DNA of 64,000 nt, taken from positions 1,550,001 through 1,614,000 of the forward strand of contig CATNEN010000031.1 in the NCBI GenBank assembly GCA_950097015.1, read 5' to 3'. Source of the stretch: Macrostomum hystrix. Its lineage: Eukaryota > Animalia > Platyhelminthes. Each line of letters opens with the position of its first letter. Positions within the stretch are counted from its first letter, which is position 1. The translations under genes were made by a program, and so were the position numbers. Shown one piece after another: positions 31,743 through 46,700 of this stretch. The notes under the pieces are model-generated. The model made no database searches, was not told the origin of the DNA, and saw nothing but the letters and a program-made list of their open reading frames with translations.

Positions 31743-34700
31743 ATGTCCTCTGTCTATCGGCATCGTCGAGCCGGCGGAGTCATGGACTCAGACAGCGGCG
31801 ACATCGACGTCGGCGGCAGCATGCCCATTGGCGACATTCTCAGCAGCTCGGACGACGCCATGACTCCGCCGGGTAGAACGAGGCCGACCACCGCACTGGG
31901 ACTGGTGAGGCCGGCTTTGACTTCGGATTATCAGCAGCGTCAGGAGCGAGGCGGCGGCGTCGGCGGCGGCGGCGGTGGCGGCGGCTCAGTCCACAGTGAT
32001 GACATCACAGTGAGCTCGATGCCAGACACTAGCAGCTTCAGTCTGGTCGGGGAGCAGCTGATTGGTTGGCGGAAGGTGAGCCAATAAAATTTCGCTTCAG
32101 AGTGTGAAAGTTTATCGAAGGCATTTTGGGTTGAATGACGATTTCATGCTTGATGACACAACCCTATTTGCATGCATGAGGCATCGTTTAATTATGGATA
32201 GTTTACCTGATATTATTCATATCTAAGATAGCATTTTTAAGCAAAGCAGTGCTTAATAAAATAAGAATTACAATTTCATAGGTAACTCCATCACCCCGTT
32301 GTGTCCGCTTTAAACTAACTAGCGAATTAAATAATATTGAAGTATTAGCTAACATTAACTCAGATTGCTAATATCGTTTTACTAGTTTCTACTAAAAGAT
32401 AATCACTTTTTTGTCATGTACCAGAAATTTGTTATTAGCGTTTGACGACTTTTTTTCATTCGGTGCGTTTTTTCGTGAAATTTACGGCAATGAGGGCCGA
32501 TCCCCTAGGTACAGTGAAGCGATGCCTGACTATAAGAAGGCCAGGCCAGAAGTACACCAACTGTACGACTTGTATGTCTGCGTACGGTATCTGTGTGAGT
32601 GTGTACTCAGGTGTCAGCGAAATGGGCAGAATTGCCTCTCGCTGGCTGCGGATCTAGTGTTGCCAATTTATGTGCTAACATTAGTACTAACAATGGTTTT
32701 ACTGACAAACTAACACTCTCTAGCGATCTGACCCCCCCCAAACATCTGTCACTAGCGAGTGGATTGGGACGCATTCCAATCACTCAGCGATCCCATCGCG
32801 TCGCCCAGACTGCCGGTGCTAGCCAAACGGCAGGCAGTGCCGCGCCAGCCAGGTGCTAATGACAGCGCCGATACCACACTGCCGTCCAGCTTCGATTCCT
32901 CTGTAAGACCCTGCAGATACCTGGAGTAGAGATGGAAAGCATTTTACAAAATACTCAGGACTGCCTCCATGTCACTATTTGATTGCGCAACCGCTGCTTT
33001 CCGTTGCTTTCCATGTTATTTTTACTTCACCTTTTTGCTTCACTCTTTCAATGCATTTAATTTATACTATAGCACGGTTTTGAAGGCCAATGTACAAAAA
33101 TTATCGAGGATAAAACATGCCCTGGGTTTACGGCAAACTATATCAGTTTCCCAGACCTAAAATATATTTTTTAAACGGACTTAAACGAGGTTCCTAGGGT
33201 GCATTCTGTGGTAAACACCAAATTATGACCACAGCCTCGTTTTTGTCTATGGCCGTAACTAAAAGTTGATTGAGGGACGCGAATAGCAACATTTTTGATC
33301 CCAGCTCAATCTTAGATATGTCTATGGCCGAAAACCAAAACAAAAACCCAAAACCCAATGGCCAAAACCAATATTTGAGTCGCTTTTACTTCACGAAAGA
33401 CCAATTCTATTGTGTGGCTATGATTTGCTAATCAAATGAATCTATCACACATACTTTGCTGCTTCACAAAAGCTTGCAAAAATGTCGCACATATTTTGTA
33501 ATTCTGTAAAAATTGCCTTTTGATTATGCCGAATCTCAGTTATTTAGTTTGTTGTCAATTTTCTGCTTAGCCAGTTCACTACTCATAGTAAGCTACGCCA
33601 ATATGTTATGCTACGGCCCGCAGGAGTACGCATCGCAGAAGCGCGAGCTGGCCAGACTCAGCGAAGAGTCGACGGCTGCCGCCGCGGCTGCCAGCGTTGG
33701 CGAGCTGCGCGAAGAGAATGCCTGCCTGCAGCACGACCTGGACGCCCTGGTCCGGGCGGTGAAGTCGGCCAGATCAACTGGCCGGCTGGAGTTCGACCGT
33801 GGCAAGTTCCTCGCGCTGGATCCTGAAGCCGTGTTTGGCGCCGGGTCCACTGTCGACTTCATGTCGTCTGCGCCGTCAACGGAGGTGAGCAACATTATTG
33901 AGAATTAGTAATTTCCACTTTCAATTAGTCATTTCCACTTTCAATTAGTCATTTCCACTTTCAATTAGTCATTTCTACATTCAATTAGTCATTTCCACTT
34001 TCAATTAGTCATTTCCACTTTCAATTAGTCATTTCTACATTCAATTAGTCATTTCCACCTCAATTAGTCATTTCTACATTCAGTTAGTCATTTCCTCCTT
34101 CAATTAGTCATTTCCACCTTCAATTAGTCATTTCCACCTTCAATTAGTCATTTCTACATTCAATTAGTCTTTTTATCTTCAATTAGTCGTTTCCGCCTTC
34201 AGTTAGGTATGTCCGCTTTCAATTATTCGTTTTCATCTTCAATTAGTCATTTCTACATTCAGTTAGTCATTTCCGCCTTGAATTAGTCACTGCCACCTTT
34301 AATTAGTCATTTCCACCTTTAATTAGTCATTTCCACCTTTAATTAGTCATTTCCACCTTTAATTAGTCATTTCCACCTTTAATTAGTCATTTCCACCTTT
34401 AATTAGTCGTTTCCATCTTCAATTTGTCTTTTTCACTTTCCTCTGATCATTTCTATTTCTAATTATTAATTTCCCTGATCCCTAGTCATTTTTCGTCGTA
34501 AATTTGTCATTTCCATATTGAAGTAAAACTTTAACTCGCTTTTCATTTTAAGTGATTCTTTTGGAATTGAGCATAGTGCTCAATATCTAGCGAATAAAAG
34601 TTATCAAAAACCCTCAAATATTCCATCTTGCTTTTATCTATAAAAATGCCACCATGCTCGTGAATCAGAGAAGTGATTATTCTTCATCAACCATGCCCTC

Positions 34701-37700
34701 GGTGATTGACACACCGCAGGATAGGGCCCAGGTAATAATTTGAAATTTCCCATAAATAATGTTTTGCATTTCTCTGCTTTTCTAAAGCTTTCCTAGAAAT
34801 TTGAGTCGAAAAAAAGTAGCTCATTGGCTTCTTATGTTATATGCACACCATTTATTCACTCCAATCTACTTTTTTACCTAGCTTAGTCAATATATGATTA
34901 TATGCTCCGTTTCGCATTAGCTTACTATCAGTAGCATGCTGGTCGTTTCACTCATTGTGTGCATGCAATGCACCAGAAATATTAATCGATTATTTAGGAC
35001 CATATATTGCTCGTTATCAAGGTATTCTTTTAACATAAATGCTAGATCTGAAAAGGTCTTTAATAAATGTTATAACTAATAAAATGAATATCAAATTGTT
35101 TACATGTTAAAAGAGCTGTGATTCAGGTAGACACCGGTAAATTCAGTGAGACACTGAAAACTTCAGTGAGACACCGGTAAATTCAGTGAGACACTGAAAA
35201 CTTCAGTGAGACACCGGTAAATTCAGTGAGACACTGGTAAATTCAGTGGGACACAAGTAAACTCGGTGAGACACCGATAAATTCGGTGAGACACCGGTAA
35301 ATTCAGTGAGACACCGGTAAATTCAGTGGGACACCGATAAATTCAGTGAGACACCGATAAATTCAGTGAGACACCGGTAAATTCAGTGAGACACCGCTAA
35401 ATTCAGTGAGACACCGATAAATTCAGTGAGATACCGGTAAATTCAGTCAGACACCGGTAAATTCAGTGAGACACCGGTAAATTCAGTGAGACACCGGTAA
35501 ATTCAGTGAGACACAGGTAAATTCAGTGAGACACCGGTAAATTCAGTCAGACACCGGTAAATTCAGTGAGACACAGGTAAATTCAGTGAGACACCGGTAA
35601 ATTCAGTCAGACACCGGTAAATTCAGTCAGACACCGGTAAATTCAGTGAGACACAGGTAAATTCAGTGAGACACCGATAAATTCGGTGAGACACCGCTAA
35701 ATTCAGTGGGACACCGATAAATTCGGTGAGACACAAGTAAACTCGGTGAGACACCGGTAAATTCAGTGGGACACCGGTAAATTCAGTCAGACAACGGTAA
35801 ATTCAGTGAGACACCGGTAAATTCAGTGAGACACAAGTAAACTCGGTGAGACACCGGTAAATTCAGTGGGACACCGGTAAATTCAGTCAGACAACGGTAA
35901 ATTCAGTGAGACACCGGTAAATTCAGTGAGACACCGGTAAATTCAGTCAGACAACGGTAAATTCAGTGAGACACCGGTAAATTCAGTGAGACACCGGTAA
36001 ATTCAGTGGGACACCGATAAATTCGGTGAGACACCGATAAATTCAGTGAGACACCGGTAAATTCAGTCAGACACCGGTAAATTCAGTGAGACACAGGTAA
36101 ATTCAGTGAGACATCGATAAATTCGGTGAGACACCGGTAAATTCAGTGAAACACCGGTAAATTCAGTCAGACAACGGTAAATTCAGTGAGACACCGGTAA
36201 ATTCAGTCAGACACCGGTAAATTCAGTGGGACACCGATAAATTCGGTGAGACACCGATAAATTCAGTGAGACACCGATAAATTCAGTGGGACACCGGTAA
36301 ATTTAGTGAGACACTGGTAAATTCAGTGAGACACCGATAAATTCGGTGAGACACCGCTAAATTCAGTGGGACACCGATAAATTCGGTGAGACAACGCTAA
36401 ATTCAGTGGGACACCGATAAATTCGGTGAGACACCGCTAAATTCAGTGAGACACCGATAAATTCGGTGAGACACCGGTAAATTCAGTGGGACACCGATAA
36501 ATTCAGTGAGACACCGGTAAATTCAGTGAGACACCGGTAAATTCAGTGAGACACCGGTAAATTCAGTGAGACACCGGTAAATTCTGTGAGACACAGGTAA
36601 ATTCAGTGAGACACCGGTAAATTCAGTGAGACACCGGTAAATTCAGTGAGACACCGGTAAATTCAGTCAGACACCGGTAAATTCAGTGGGACACCGATAA
36701 ATTCGGTGAGACACCGGTAAATTCGGTGAGACACCGGTAAATTCAGTCAGACACCGGTAAATTCGGCGAGTCACCGGTAAATTCAGTGAGACACCGGTAA
36801 ACTCAGTGAGACACAGGTAAATTCAGTGAGACACCGATAAATTCAGTGAGATACCGGTAAATTCAGTGGGACACCGATAAATTCAGTGAGACACCGGTAA
36901 ATTCAGTGAGACACCGGTAAATTCAGTGAGACACCGATAAATTCGGTGAGACACCGCTAAATTCAGTGAGACACCGGTAAATTCAGTGAGACACCGGTAA
37001 ATTCAGTGAGACACCGGTAAATTCAGTGAGACACCGCTAAATTCGGCGAGACACCGGTAAATTCAGTGAGACACCGGTAAATTCAGTGAGACACCGATAA
37101 ATTCAGTGAGACACCGGTAAATTCAGTGAGACACCGGTAAATTCAGTGAGACACTGGTACATACTGTAGTAAACCAGTAAATTCATTCAAATGCGAATAG
37201 ATGCAGTATTATGCCGTATATAATTATATACAATTCTAACTAATGTGATTAGTATTTGACGGCAATCACATAGAAAATCCGTCAATAACTTTAGAAGCTT
37301 CCTGTTCTAGAAAAAGCCAGGTGTATGGAGTGGGAGAACTATTTCTAAGAAAACTCTTATTACCTACGACTGCTCGCTTGAGTAGAATTCGAGATAAGGG
37401 AGTGGGAACTCGACAGAGGCGGAGAAGATGGATTAGGAGAGAGACAGAGAAAGAGGATTGGGAGGAAGTGGTGGCTAAGAAAGGGCCCTACTTGAATGAA
37501 TGGCTCTTGGTTGAACAGTTTCTATATAGGTAAGAGAGCCAGGCGAAACTGCACTGTTGTCACCTGAAAATTCACAAGCATTTTTTCAAAGAGACACACT
37601 TGGAAGTCTATCTTAATTTTTAAACTTTAAGGCAGTTTTTTTCTGCTTTTCTTTGATCTACAAGAGGACACATCGTAAGGAGCTTTTGTATTATAAATCT

Positions 37701-40700
37701 GTATTCAGTTTTGTTCGGTTTCCATGGCAACTCAGGATTGCAGACTTTATAGTTGATGCAAAGAAAGTTATGCTTCAACACGACTGTAAAGCCAATTTCT
37801 CTGTGCAAATATTTCTGCTAGAACTGCGGGAGGAAGTTAAGGTAGGCTCCACGCCAGTGAGGTGGACATTGTGGCACTACTAGAAGGGAAGTTTGAACTG
37901 TGGGGGATTATAGTGAAGTAGATGCCACATTATCGATCCAGTAGGTTTGGATTTAAAGGCAGTTTATTGCTCAAGTCCTTGTTAACAGGAATGATCGTTT
38001 GCTAATCTCTGAATTCACTGAACATTTTAGATGCAGACCGCAAGCGGCACTACAGCAACAGCAGCAGCAGCAGCAGCAGCAGCTGGACCGCTAGCTGAAT
38101 TTGACAGTCAAGTTGAACTTGTTGCAGCTCGGGATCGCCTCAGGCAACTGCAGAAGCAGGTATGATTAGCTACACCTCAGCCGTGTCACCTCATACACCT
38201 GAGCTGTGTCACCTCATACACCTGAGCTGTGTCACCTCATACACCTGAGATGTGTCACCTCACACACCTGAGCTGTGTCACCTCACACACCTGAGCTGTG
38301 TCACCTCATGCACCTGAGCTGTGTCACCTCACACACCTGAGCTGTGTCATCTCACACACCTGAGCTGTGTCACCTCATACACCTGAGCTGTGTCACCTCA
38401 TACACCTGAGCTGTGTCACCTCATACACCTGAGATGTGTCACCTCACACACCTGAGCTGTGTCACCTCACACACCTGAGCTGTGTCACCTCACACACCTG
38501 AGCTGTGTCACCTCATGCACCTGAGCTGTGTCACCTCACACACCTGAGCTGTGTCACCTCACACACCTGAGCTGTGTCATCTCACACACCTGAGCTGTGT
38601 CAACTCATACACCTGAGCTGTGTCACCTCATACACCTGAGCTGTGTCACCTCATACACCTGAGATGTGTCACCTCACACACCTGAGCTGTGTCACCTCAC
38701 ACACCTGAGCTGTGTCACCTCACACACCTGAGCTGTGTCACCTCATGCACCTGAGCTGTGTCACCTCACACACCTGAGCTGTGTCACCTCACACACCTGA
38801 GCTGTGTCACCTCACACACCTGAGCTGTGTCACCTCACACACCTGAGCTGTGTCACCTCACACACCTGAGCTGTGTCACCTCACACACCTGAGCTGTGTC
38901 ACCTCATACACCTGAGCTGTGTCACCTCACACACCTGAGCTGTGTCATCTCACACACCTGAGCTGTGTCACCTCATACACCTGAGCTGTGTCACCTCACA
39001 CACCTGAGCTGTGTCACCTCATACACCTGAGCTGTGTCACCTCACACACCTGAGCTGTGTCACCTCACACACCTGAGCTGTGTCATCTCACACACCTGAG
39101 CTGTGTCACCTCATACACCTGAGCTGTGTCACCTCACACACCTGAGCTGTGTCATCTCACACACCTGAGCTGTGTCATCTCACACACCTGAGCTGTGTCA
39201 CCTCACACACCTGAGCTGTGTCACCTCACACACCTGAGCTGTGTCACCTCACACACCTGAGCTGTGTCACCTCACACACCTGAGCTGTGTCATCTCACAC
39301 ACCTGAGCTGTGTCACCTCATACACCTGAGCTGTGTCACCTCACACACCTGAGCTGTGTCATCTCACACACCTGAGCTGTGTCATCTCACACACCTGAGC
39401 TGTGTCACCTCACACACCTGAGCTGTGTCATCTCATACACCTGAGCTGTGTCACCTCACACACCTGAGCTGTGTCATCTCACACACCTGAGCTGTGTCAT
39501 CTCATACACCTGAGCTGTGTCACCTCACACACCTGAGCTGTGTCACCTCACACACCTGAAGCTGTATCAGCTCATAAACCTGAAGCTATATCACCTCAGC
39601 TCATACACCTGAAGTTACTTGACTTCACACACTTCATGAAGCTGCATCAACTCATGCACCTAAGGATCTAACACCTCACACACCTGAAATCCCATCACGA
39701 ACCAGTTGGACGAACGCGACGCCAAGATTCGCGACCTGACAGCGTCAATGAAGTCGGCGCAGTCAGCCGCCGCCAGAGCCGATTCGGACTCGGCAGCGGC
39801 CGTGCACTGCCTCGAGGACAAACTCAGACGGAGTGCTCAAGATGTAAGTAATAATCCCAGCGACTGTACAAATGCCTAGAGGCGGCATTTTTACTAGTAA
39901 TTTGTAATTTTCTGATTGGTCATCTTTGAAGCTAGGGTGGGTGGAGCTTCAGGGGCAGCACGACCCCTCATTCCCCAACAACCCCTGCACACCAACCCCT
40001 CATACCCCACCAAAGCCCTACTCCGACCCCCCACACCCACCCAAACCCTCGCAGCAAACCCTCTCACACCCAGCCCGACCCCTTACACCGACCTATAAAA
40101 CCCCACCAACACACCCCTCCCTCGCCGACCAATCAGCGCGCTGGGCCAATCCGTTAATGCTAATGCCAATCCGTTTGTTTGCTCTTTATAATGAAACCAG
40201 CTGCTGCAGTTGGAGAGGCGCGTCAAGTCACTCGAAGCGGACCTGGCGGAGGCCCGCGAGCAGCGCCAGAAGGACAGCGACGAATTGGCGCGACTGCAAG
40301 CCCGCTGCCGCGGAGTTGAAGCCGGCAGCGGCGATCGAGCAGAGCTACTCAAATCTGAGCTGAAACGTCGCGACGAAGCTGTCGGGAAGCTGCGCCAGGA
40401 GCTGAGTCAGAGTCAGGAGGCCAAGGAGCAGCTACTTATTGAGGTTGGTGGCTTTTGCTATTGTCGGAAGCAGGTTGTATTCTGTGGAAGCAGGCGGTGT
40501 GCATCGGAAGCAGGCAGAGTTCTTTGGAAGCAGGCGGTGCTCTTTGGAAGCAGGCGGTGTTCTTTGGAAGCAGGAGGTGCTCTTTGGAAGCAGGCGGTGT
40601 TCTTTGGAAGCAGGAGGTGCTCTTTGGAAGCAGGCGGTGCTCTTTGGAAGCAGGCGGTGTTCTTTGGAAGCAGGCGGTGTTCTTTGGAAGCAGGCGGTGC

Positions 40701-43700
40701 TCTTTGGAAGCAGGCGGTGTTCTTTGGAAGCAGGAGGTGTTCTTTGGAAGCAGGAGGTGCTCTTTGGAAGCAGGAGGTGCTCTTTGGAAGCAGGCGGTGT
40801 TCTTTGGAAGCAGGAGGTGCTCTTTGGAAGCAGGCGGTGCTCTTTGGAAGCAGGCGGTGTTCTTTGGAAGCAGGCGGTGTTCTTTGGAAGCAGGCGGTGT
40901 TCTTTGGAAGCAGGCGGTGCTCTTTGGAAGCAGGCGGTGTTCTTTGGAAGCAGGAGGTGCTCTTTGGAAGCAGGAGGTGCTCTTTGGAAGCAGGCGGTGT
41001 TCTTTGGAAGCAGGCGGTGTTCTTTGGAAGCAGGCGGTGTTCTTTGGAAGCAGGCGGTGTTCTTTGGAAGCAGGCGGTTTTCTTTGGAAGCAGGCGGTGT
41101 TCTTTGGAAGCAAGCAGTGTTCTGTGGAAGCAGGCGGTGTTCTTTGGAAGCAGGCGGTGTTCTTTGGAAGCAGGCGGTGTTCTTTGGAAGCAAGCAGTGT
41201 TCTGTGGAAGCAGACAGTGTTCTGTGGAAGCAGAGAAGAAAGGAGCAGACATTGAAAGTGAACAATTGAAAAGGTGGAAATGGAATAGTGGAAGGTGGAA
41301 ATTAGGCAGCGGATAGTGGAGTCGGAATGTGACTTCGATCTAAACACAGAGATATTGTACACAGAAATTAGTTTACAAATAAAAAGTATAAGCACAGTTG
41401 TAGTTCTGATGCATAGAAAATCATGCATTTTCCAGCTGGACAAGTTGCGAGTCAGGGTTGACCATTTGGATGGCAATCTCAGAAGTCGCACAGAAGAGGT
41501 ATTTCAATTCCTTTGAAGCAAATATTTTTGCAAACCGTTATGGCTACCTGTTGCAACTTTACTTTTCATGTTTTGTCGTGCTTACCTTTGATGTGCTCAT
41601 AACTTGAGTTTGGTGTTGTGTCCGAGAAATCTATAGTTCATACTCGTAGCTCTTCTGCACTACTTTCCGCAATTAAAATTAACCTCAAATCTCTCTTGTT
41701 TTGGAATGAGATTTTGAACTCCAATCTCTCAAATCTCTCTTGTTTTGGGATGAGATTTTGAGTTCCAACCTCTCAAATCTCTCTTGTTTTGGGATGAGAT
41801 TTTGAGTTCCAATCTCTCAAATCTCTCTTGCTTTGGAATGAGATTTTGAGTTCCAATCTCTCAAATCTCTCTTGTTTTGGGATGAGATTTTGAGTTCCAA
41901 TCTCTCAAATCTCTCTTGTTTTGGAATGAGATTTTGAATTCCAATCTCTCAAATCTCTCTTGTTTTGGGATGAGAATTTGAGTTCCAATCTCTCAAATCT
42001 GTCTTGTTTTGGGATGTGATTTGGAGTTATTTTTTGTTGTTCCTATCCTAAAGTATTGCATCGGTTTTAGGATTAACACAAACTAATCAAGTGTTGTTGA
42101 TGTTTACCTGGATAACTTACCTTTTATAGCTATCCTTAAACCAATGTTTCATACGTTATTTTACACTGTGACCTAATCCAGACAATTTTTTTCTCCCAGC
42201 TAATGTTTTTTGGAAACTTTAGAGCTGGCAGAACTGAAGCAATGGGATTGGGGCTAAGAAAGGTAGTTTTCCTATGCTAGATTCGAACTCCTGACCTCTC
42301 GTTTGAACTACAAGCTTTCTGGCAGGATAAACGCGGAATGCAGGATGGCTGTGACAATGGGCACATTCTTTTGTGGCAGTAGACCTGCAGCCAGCGAGGA
42401 GGCAATTCTGCCCATACCGCTGACTACAGAGCACACACGCACACAGATGCTGTACGCAGGCACACACTCACACAGGTGTGTACATCTGCCATGACTTTCT
42501 CATCTTCAGGCAGTGTACACTTCACTGTGCCTTAAGCCTTCTCTGTGCGGCTGCGCCCAAAATGACTGTGGCCTCGCCGCGGAAGGGACCAATTGGCGCG
42601 AGAGGCAAACGCGTTAGACCACTTTACCACCCACCCCCGCCAAGCAACGTTACCATAGCAACCAACGCCAACCCGGCCGTCGCCTCCCCTGAAACCAAAC
42701 CATTCACAGATGGCAGCCACGGACGCCCGCAGTCAGGAGGTGGAGCAGCAGGCCGCGGAGTTGAAACGGGAGCTGAGCATCGCCCAGGACGAGGCCGCCA
42801 GCCAGGAGGCGTTCGCGCGCCGGCTGCAGTCGGAAGCCGAAACTCTGCGCTGCCAGCACGCCGACTGCCTGGACCAGGTCTGGGAGATTGTGTACAACTG
42901 AGATTGTGTACAAATTGAGACAGTGTACAACTGTTCAGTCCGTGGACTGGGAGGCCGCCAAACCCACCAAAATTTCTACCCCCAGTTCATGCTGGTACCC
43001 ATTCTACAGCTGAATGAACTGAAGCAGTGGAAACTTAAGTGTCTTGCCCGGGGACACAAATTGTTTCCCTTGGGCTAAGATTCGAACTCCCGACCTCGCT
43101 CTAAATATTGCAAGCTAACTAGCTAGTTTCGTGACTGAAGATTGATTTTGAATTCGTTTCGGGACCGACACTTGCTTAAGAGTGCATCAGAAAGTTGAGA
43201 TTTAAAGTTTCATAAGGTGAGCTTTTGATTTGAAGAAGTGAGAGATGAGCTTTGTCGGTTGCTTTTCTTGGAGTATTAGAGCATTTGCTGATGGGCCAAG
43301 GCGCAGACAGACTCAAAGCCGACTCAAAATCGACTCAAATTCGACTCAAATTCGACTCAATCCTACTCAAAACCGAATTAAAATCACTATCTCAAAACTG
43401 AATCTAAATCGCAGGCCTAAAACCGACTCCCGCAGGTGAGACGCCTGACGGACAGTCTACAGAAGCTGCAGGCCAGCTCCAAGGACACCAGGGACGCGCT
43501 GACTGCCGAGATCGCCGAACGGCACGACTCGCTGCTGCGGCTGCGCACGGATGCCAGGACCATCGAGGAGAAGTTCAACGAGGCCATGACCACCGCCAAT
43601 CAGAGATTCGAGGTGAGAAATGGCTCTCGATTCGATTTTTGACTAGATTCGGTTCGATCTGAACCTTCAGGGCTGCTGCCTTCAGATCCTTCAGAACTTT

Positions 43701-46700
43701 AATTTAACTTTAACTTCCAATTCCACTTTGAAACAGGCGATCCGCCAGCTGAAGGAAGAGCTGAACATCGCCAATCAGCGCTCCACGGAGAGTCAGGATC
43801 GAGCTCGCCGCTCGGAGGCCGAGGCTCAACAGTCTCAGCGTCAGTTGGAGGAGCGAGGTCGCGAGCTCGAATCTCTGCGCCTTCGCCGTCAGGAGCTGGA
43901 GCGAACTCTCGGTCAGCGGGAAGGCCAGTGGCGGGCAGAGCGGGCCGAGCTGCTGGAAAAATGCCAGCACCTCGGCTCCGACGCCGAGCGAATGGCCGAG
44001 GAGCTGGCCGAGCGGCAGGTGGCCCAGGAGCGGCTGCACAGTCAGGTGGCCGAGCTGCGTGGCGCGGTCAGCCAGCGTCAGCAGCTGCTACAGCAGGTGG
44101 AGCAGCAGCTGGCGGCCAGCCAGGAGGAGTTGGCCACGGCCCGCGAGCAGCTGGTCAGGCGGGAGGCGGTCTCTGAGCAGCTGCAGCGAGAGCTCGAGCA
44201 GACCAAGCGGCAGTGTCGCACCAGCTCCGAGGAGGTCAGCCGGCTGGAGGCGAAGGCGCAGGCGGCAGCCGTCAGCGGCCAGACGGAACGGGAGCAGCTG
44301 ACGGAGGAGACGCGCAGGCGGGACGCCGAGCTAGCCAAGGCGGCGCAGGAGGCGGCCAGGCAGCAGGAGGCGCTGCGCCGTCTTGAAGAGCGCTGCTCCG
44401 GCTTTGAGAAGCAGGCCGAGTCTTCCGGCAAAGCGGCCAAGGCTGCCAAGGCTGAGGCGGCCCGGCTGGAAACGGAGCTGCAGCGGGCCAAGGCGGAGGC
44501 CGAGGAGGCCCGCAAGAGGGGCGAAGAGCTGCGCACACAGGCGAGCCCCAGGCACTCCAACTCCAGTCACTCCAACCCCAGTCATTCCAACCCCAGTCAC
44601 TCCAACCCCAGTCACTCCAACCCCAGTCACTCCAACCCCAGTCACTCCAACCCCATTCACTCCAACCCCAGTCACTCCAACCCCAGTCACTCCAACCCCA
44701 GTCACTCCAACCCCAGGCACTCCAACCCCAGTCACTCCAACCCCAGGCACTCCAACCCCAGTCACTCCAACCCCAGGCACTCCAACCCCAGGCACTCCAA
44801 CCCCGGTCACTCCAACCCCAGTCACTCCAACCCCAGGCACTCCAACCCCAGTCACTCCAACCCCAGTCACTCCAACCCCAGTCACTCCAACCCCAGGCAC
44901 TCCAACCCCAGTCACTCCAACCCCAGTCACTCCAACGCAAGTCACTCCAACCACAGTCACTCCAACCCCAGTCACTCCAACCCCAGTCACTCCAACCCCA
45001 GGCACTCCAACTCCAGTCACTCCAACCCCAGGCACTCCAACTCCAGTCACTCCAACCCCAGGCACTCCAACCCCAGTCACTCCAACGCAAGTCACTCCAA
45101 CCACAGTCACTCCAACCCCAGGCACTCCAACTCCAGTCACTCCAACCCCAGGCACTCCAACCACAGTCACTCCAACCCCAGTCACTCCAACCCCAGTCAC
45201 TCCAACCCCAGGCACTCCAACCCCAGTCACTCCAACCCCAGTCACTCCAACCCCAGTCACTCCAACCACAGTCACTCCAACACCAGTCACTCCAACCCGA
45301 ATCACCCACATACCACCCTGTCTAACGCCATCATTCGCCATTTCAGCTTCAGCGACTGCAGGAGGGCGGCCGCAGCCTTCAACAGGAATTGAATTCCCGC
45401 GGCGGCGAGCTTGAGAACGCCCGTAGGCAGGTCGGCAGCCGGGAGGAGCAGCTGGCGGCGATGAGGGCGGAGCTGGACTCTCTAGCCGGAGACAATAGGG
45501 AGCTCACCCAGCGCCTGATGCAGCGGGACGACCTGCTAGCCAGGCTGAGCGGGGAGACGCAGAAGTTGAAGAATAAGTACCAGGACCGGGTGCAGGAGGT
45601 GAGGCTGCGATTCGTCAGTGCAGCCCTCAGCGATCCTCTCCATCGAATCCTTCAGTCCTCTCCCTGGAATCCTTCAGGTCTCTCCCTGGAATCCTTCAGG
45701 CGTTTCTCTGGAATCCTTCAGGCCTCTCCCTGGAATCCTTCAGGTCTCTCCCTGGAATCCTTCAGGCGTTTCTCTGGAATCCTTCAGGCCTCTCCCTGGA
45801 ATCCTTCAGGCCTTGCCCTCGAATCCTTCAGGCCTCTCCCTGGAATCCTTCAGGTCTCTCCCTGGAATCCTTCAGGCGTTTCTGTGGAATCCTTCAGGCC
45901 TCTCCCTGGAATCCTTCAGGCCTCTCCCTTGAATCCTTCATGTCTCGCCTTCGAATCCTTCAGGCCTCGCCCTCGAATCCTTTAGGCCTCTCTCTGGAAT
46001 CCTTCAGGCCTCTCCCTGGAATCCTTCAGGCCTCTCCCTTGAATCCTTCATGTCTCGCCTTCGAATCCTTCAGGCCTTGCCCTCGAATCCTTCAGGCCTC
46101 TCCCTGGAATCCTTCAGGCCTCTCCCTGGAATCCTTCAGGCCTCTCCCTGGAATCCTTCAGGTCTCTCCCTGGAATCCTTCAGGCGTTTCTGTGGAATCC
46201 TTCAGGCCTCTCCCTGGAATCCTTCAGGCCTCTCCCTTGAATCCTTCATGTCTCGCCTTCGAATCCTTCAGGCCTCGCCCTCGAATCCTTTAGGCCTCTC
46301 TCTGGAATCCTTCAGGCCTCTCCCTGGAATCCTTCAGGCCTCTCCCTTGAATCCTTCATGTCTCGCCTTCGAATCCTTCAGGCCTTGCCCTCGAATCCTT
46401 CAGGCCTCTCCCTGGAATCCTCAGGCGTTTCTCTGGAATCCTTCAGGCCTCTCCCTGGAATCCTTCAGGTCTCTCCCTGGAATCCTTCAGGCCTCTCCCT
46501 GGAATCCTTCAGGCCTCTCCCTTGAATCCTTCATGTCTCGCCTTCGAATCCTTCAGGCCTTGCCCTCGAATCCTTCAGGCCTCTCCCTGGAATCCTTCAG
46601 GCCTCTCCCTGGAATCCTCAGGGGTTTCTCTGGAATCCTTCAGGCGTTTCTCTGGAATCCTTCAGGCCTCTCCATGGAATCCCTCAGGTGTCACTCTGGG

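Noticed and set aside
35125-37155. CRISPR-like or iteron-like array
   Set aside because: Head-to-tail units with no unique spacers, in a eukaryotic intron with no cas or rep genes. The same applies to the other arrays.
40210-41491. Long overlapping ORFs on both strands
   Set aside because: Produced by a stop-free 20-bp unit; only 40201-40443 is exon-like and is bounded by splice sites.
44272-45414. Antisense WG-repeat (Argonaute-hook-like) and VPGVG elastin-like ORFs, and a sense TPTPV mucin-like ORF
   Set aside because: All are alternative translations of one stop-free 15-bp unit, with no independent start context or flanking domain.
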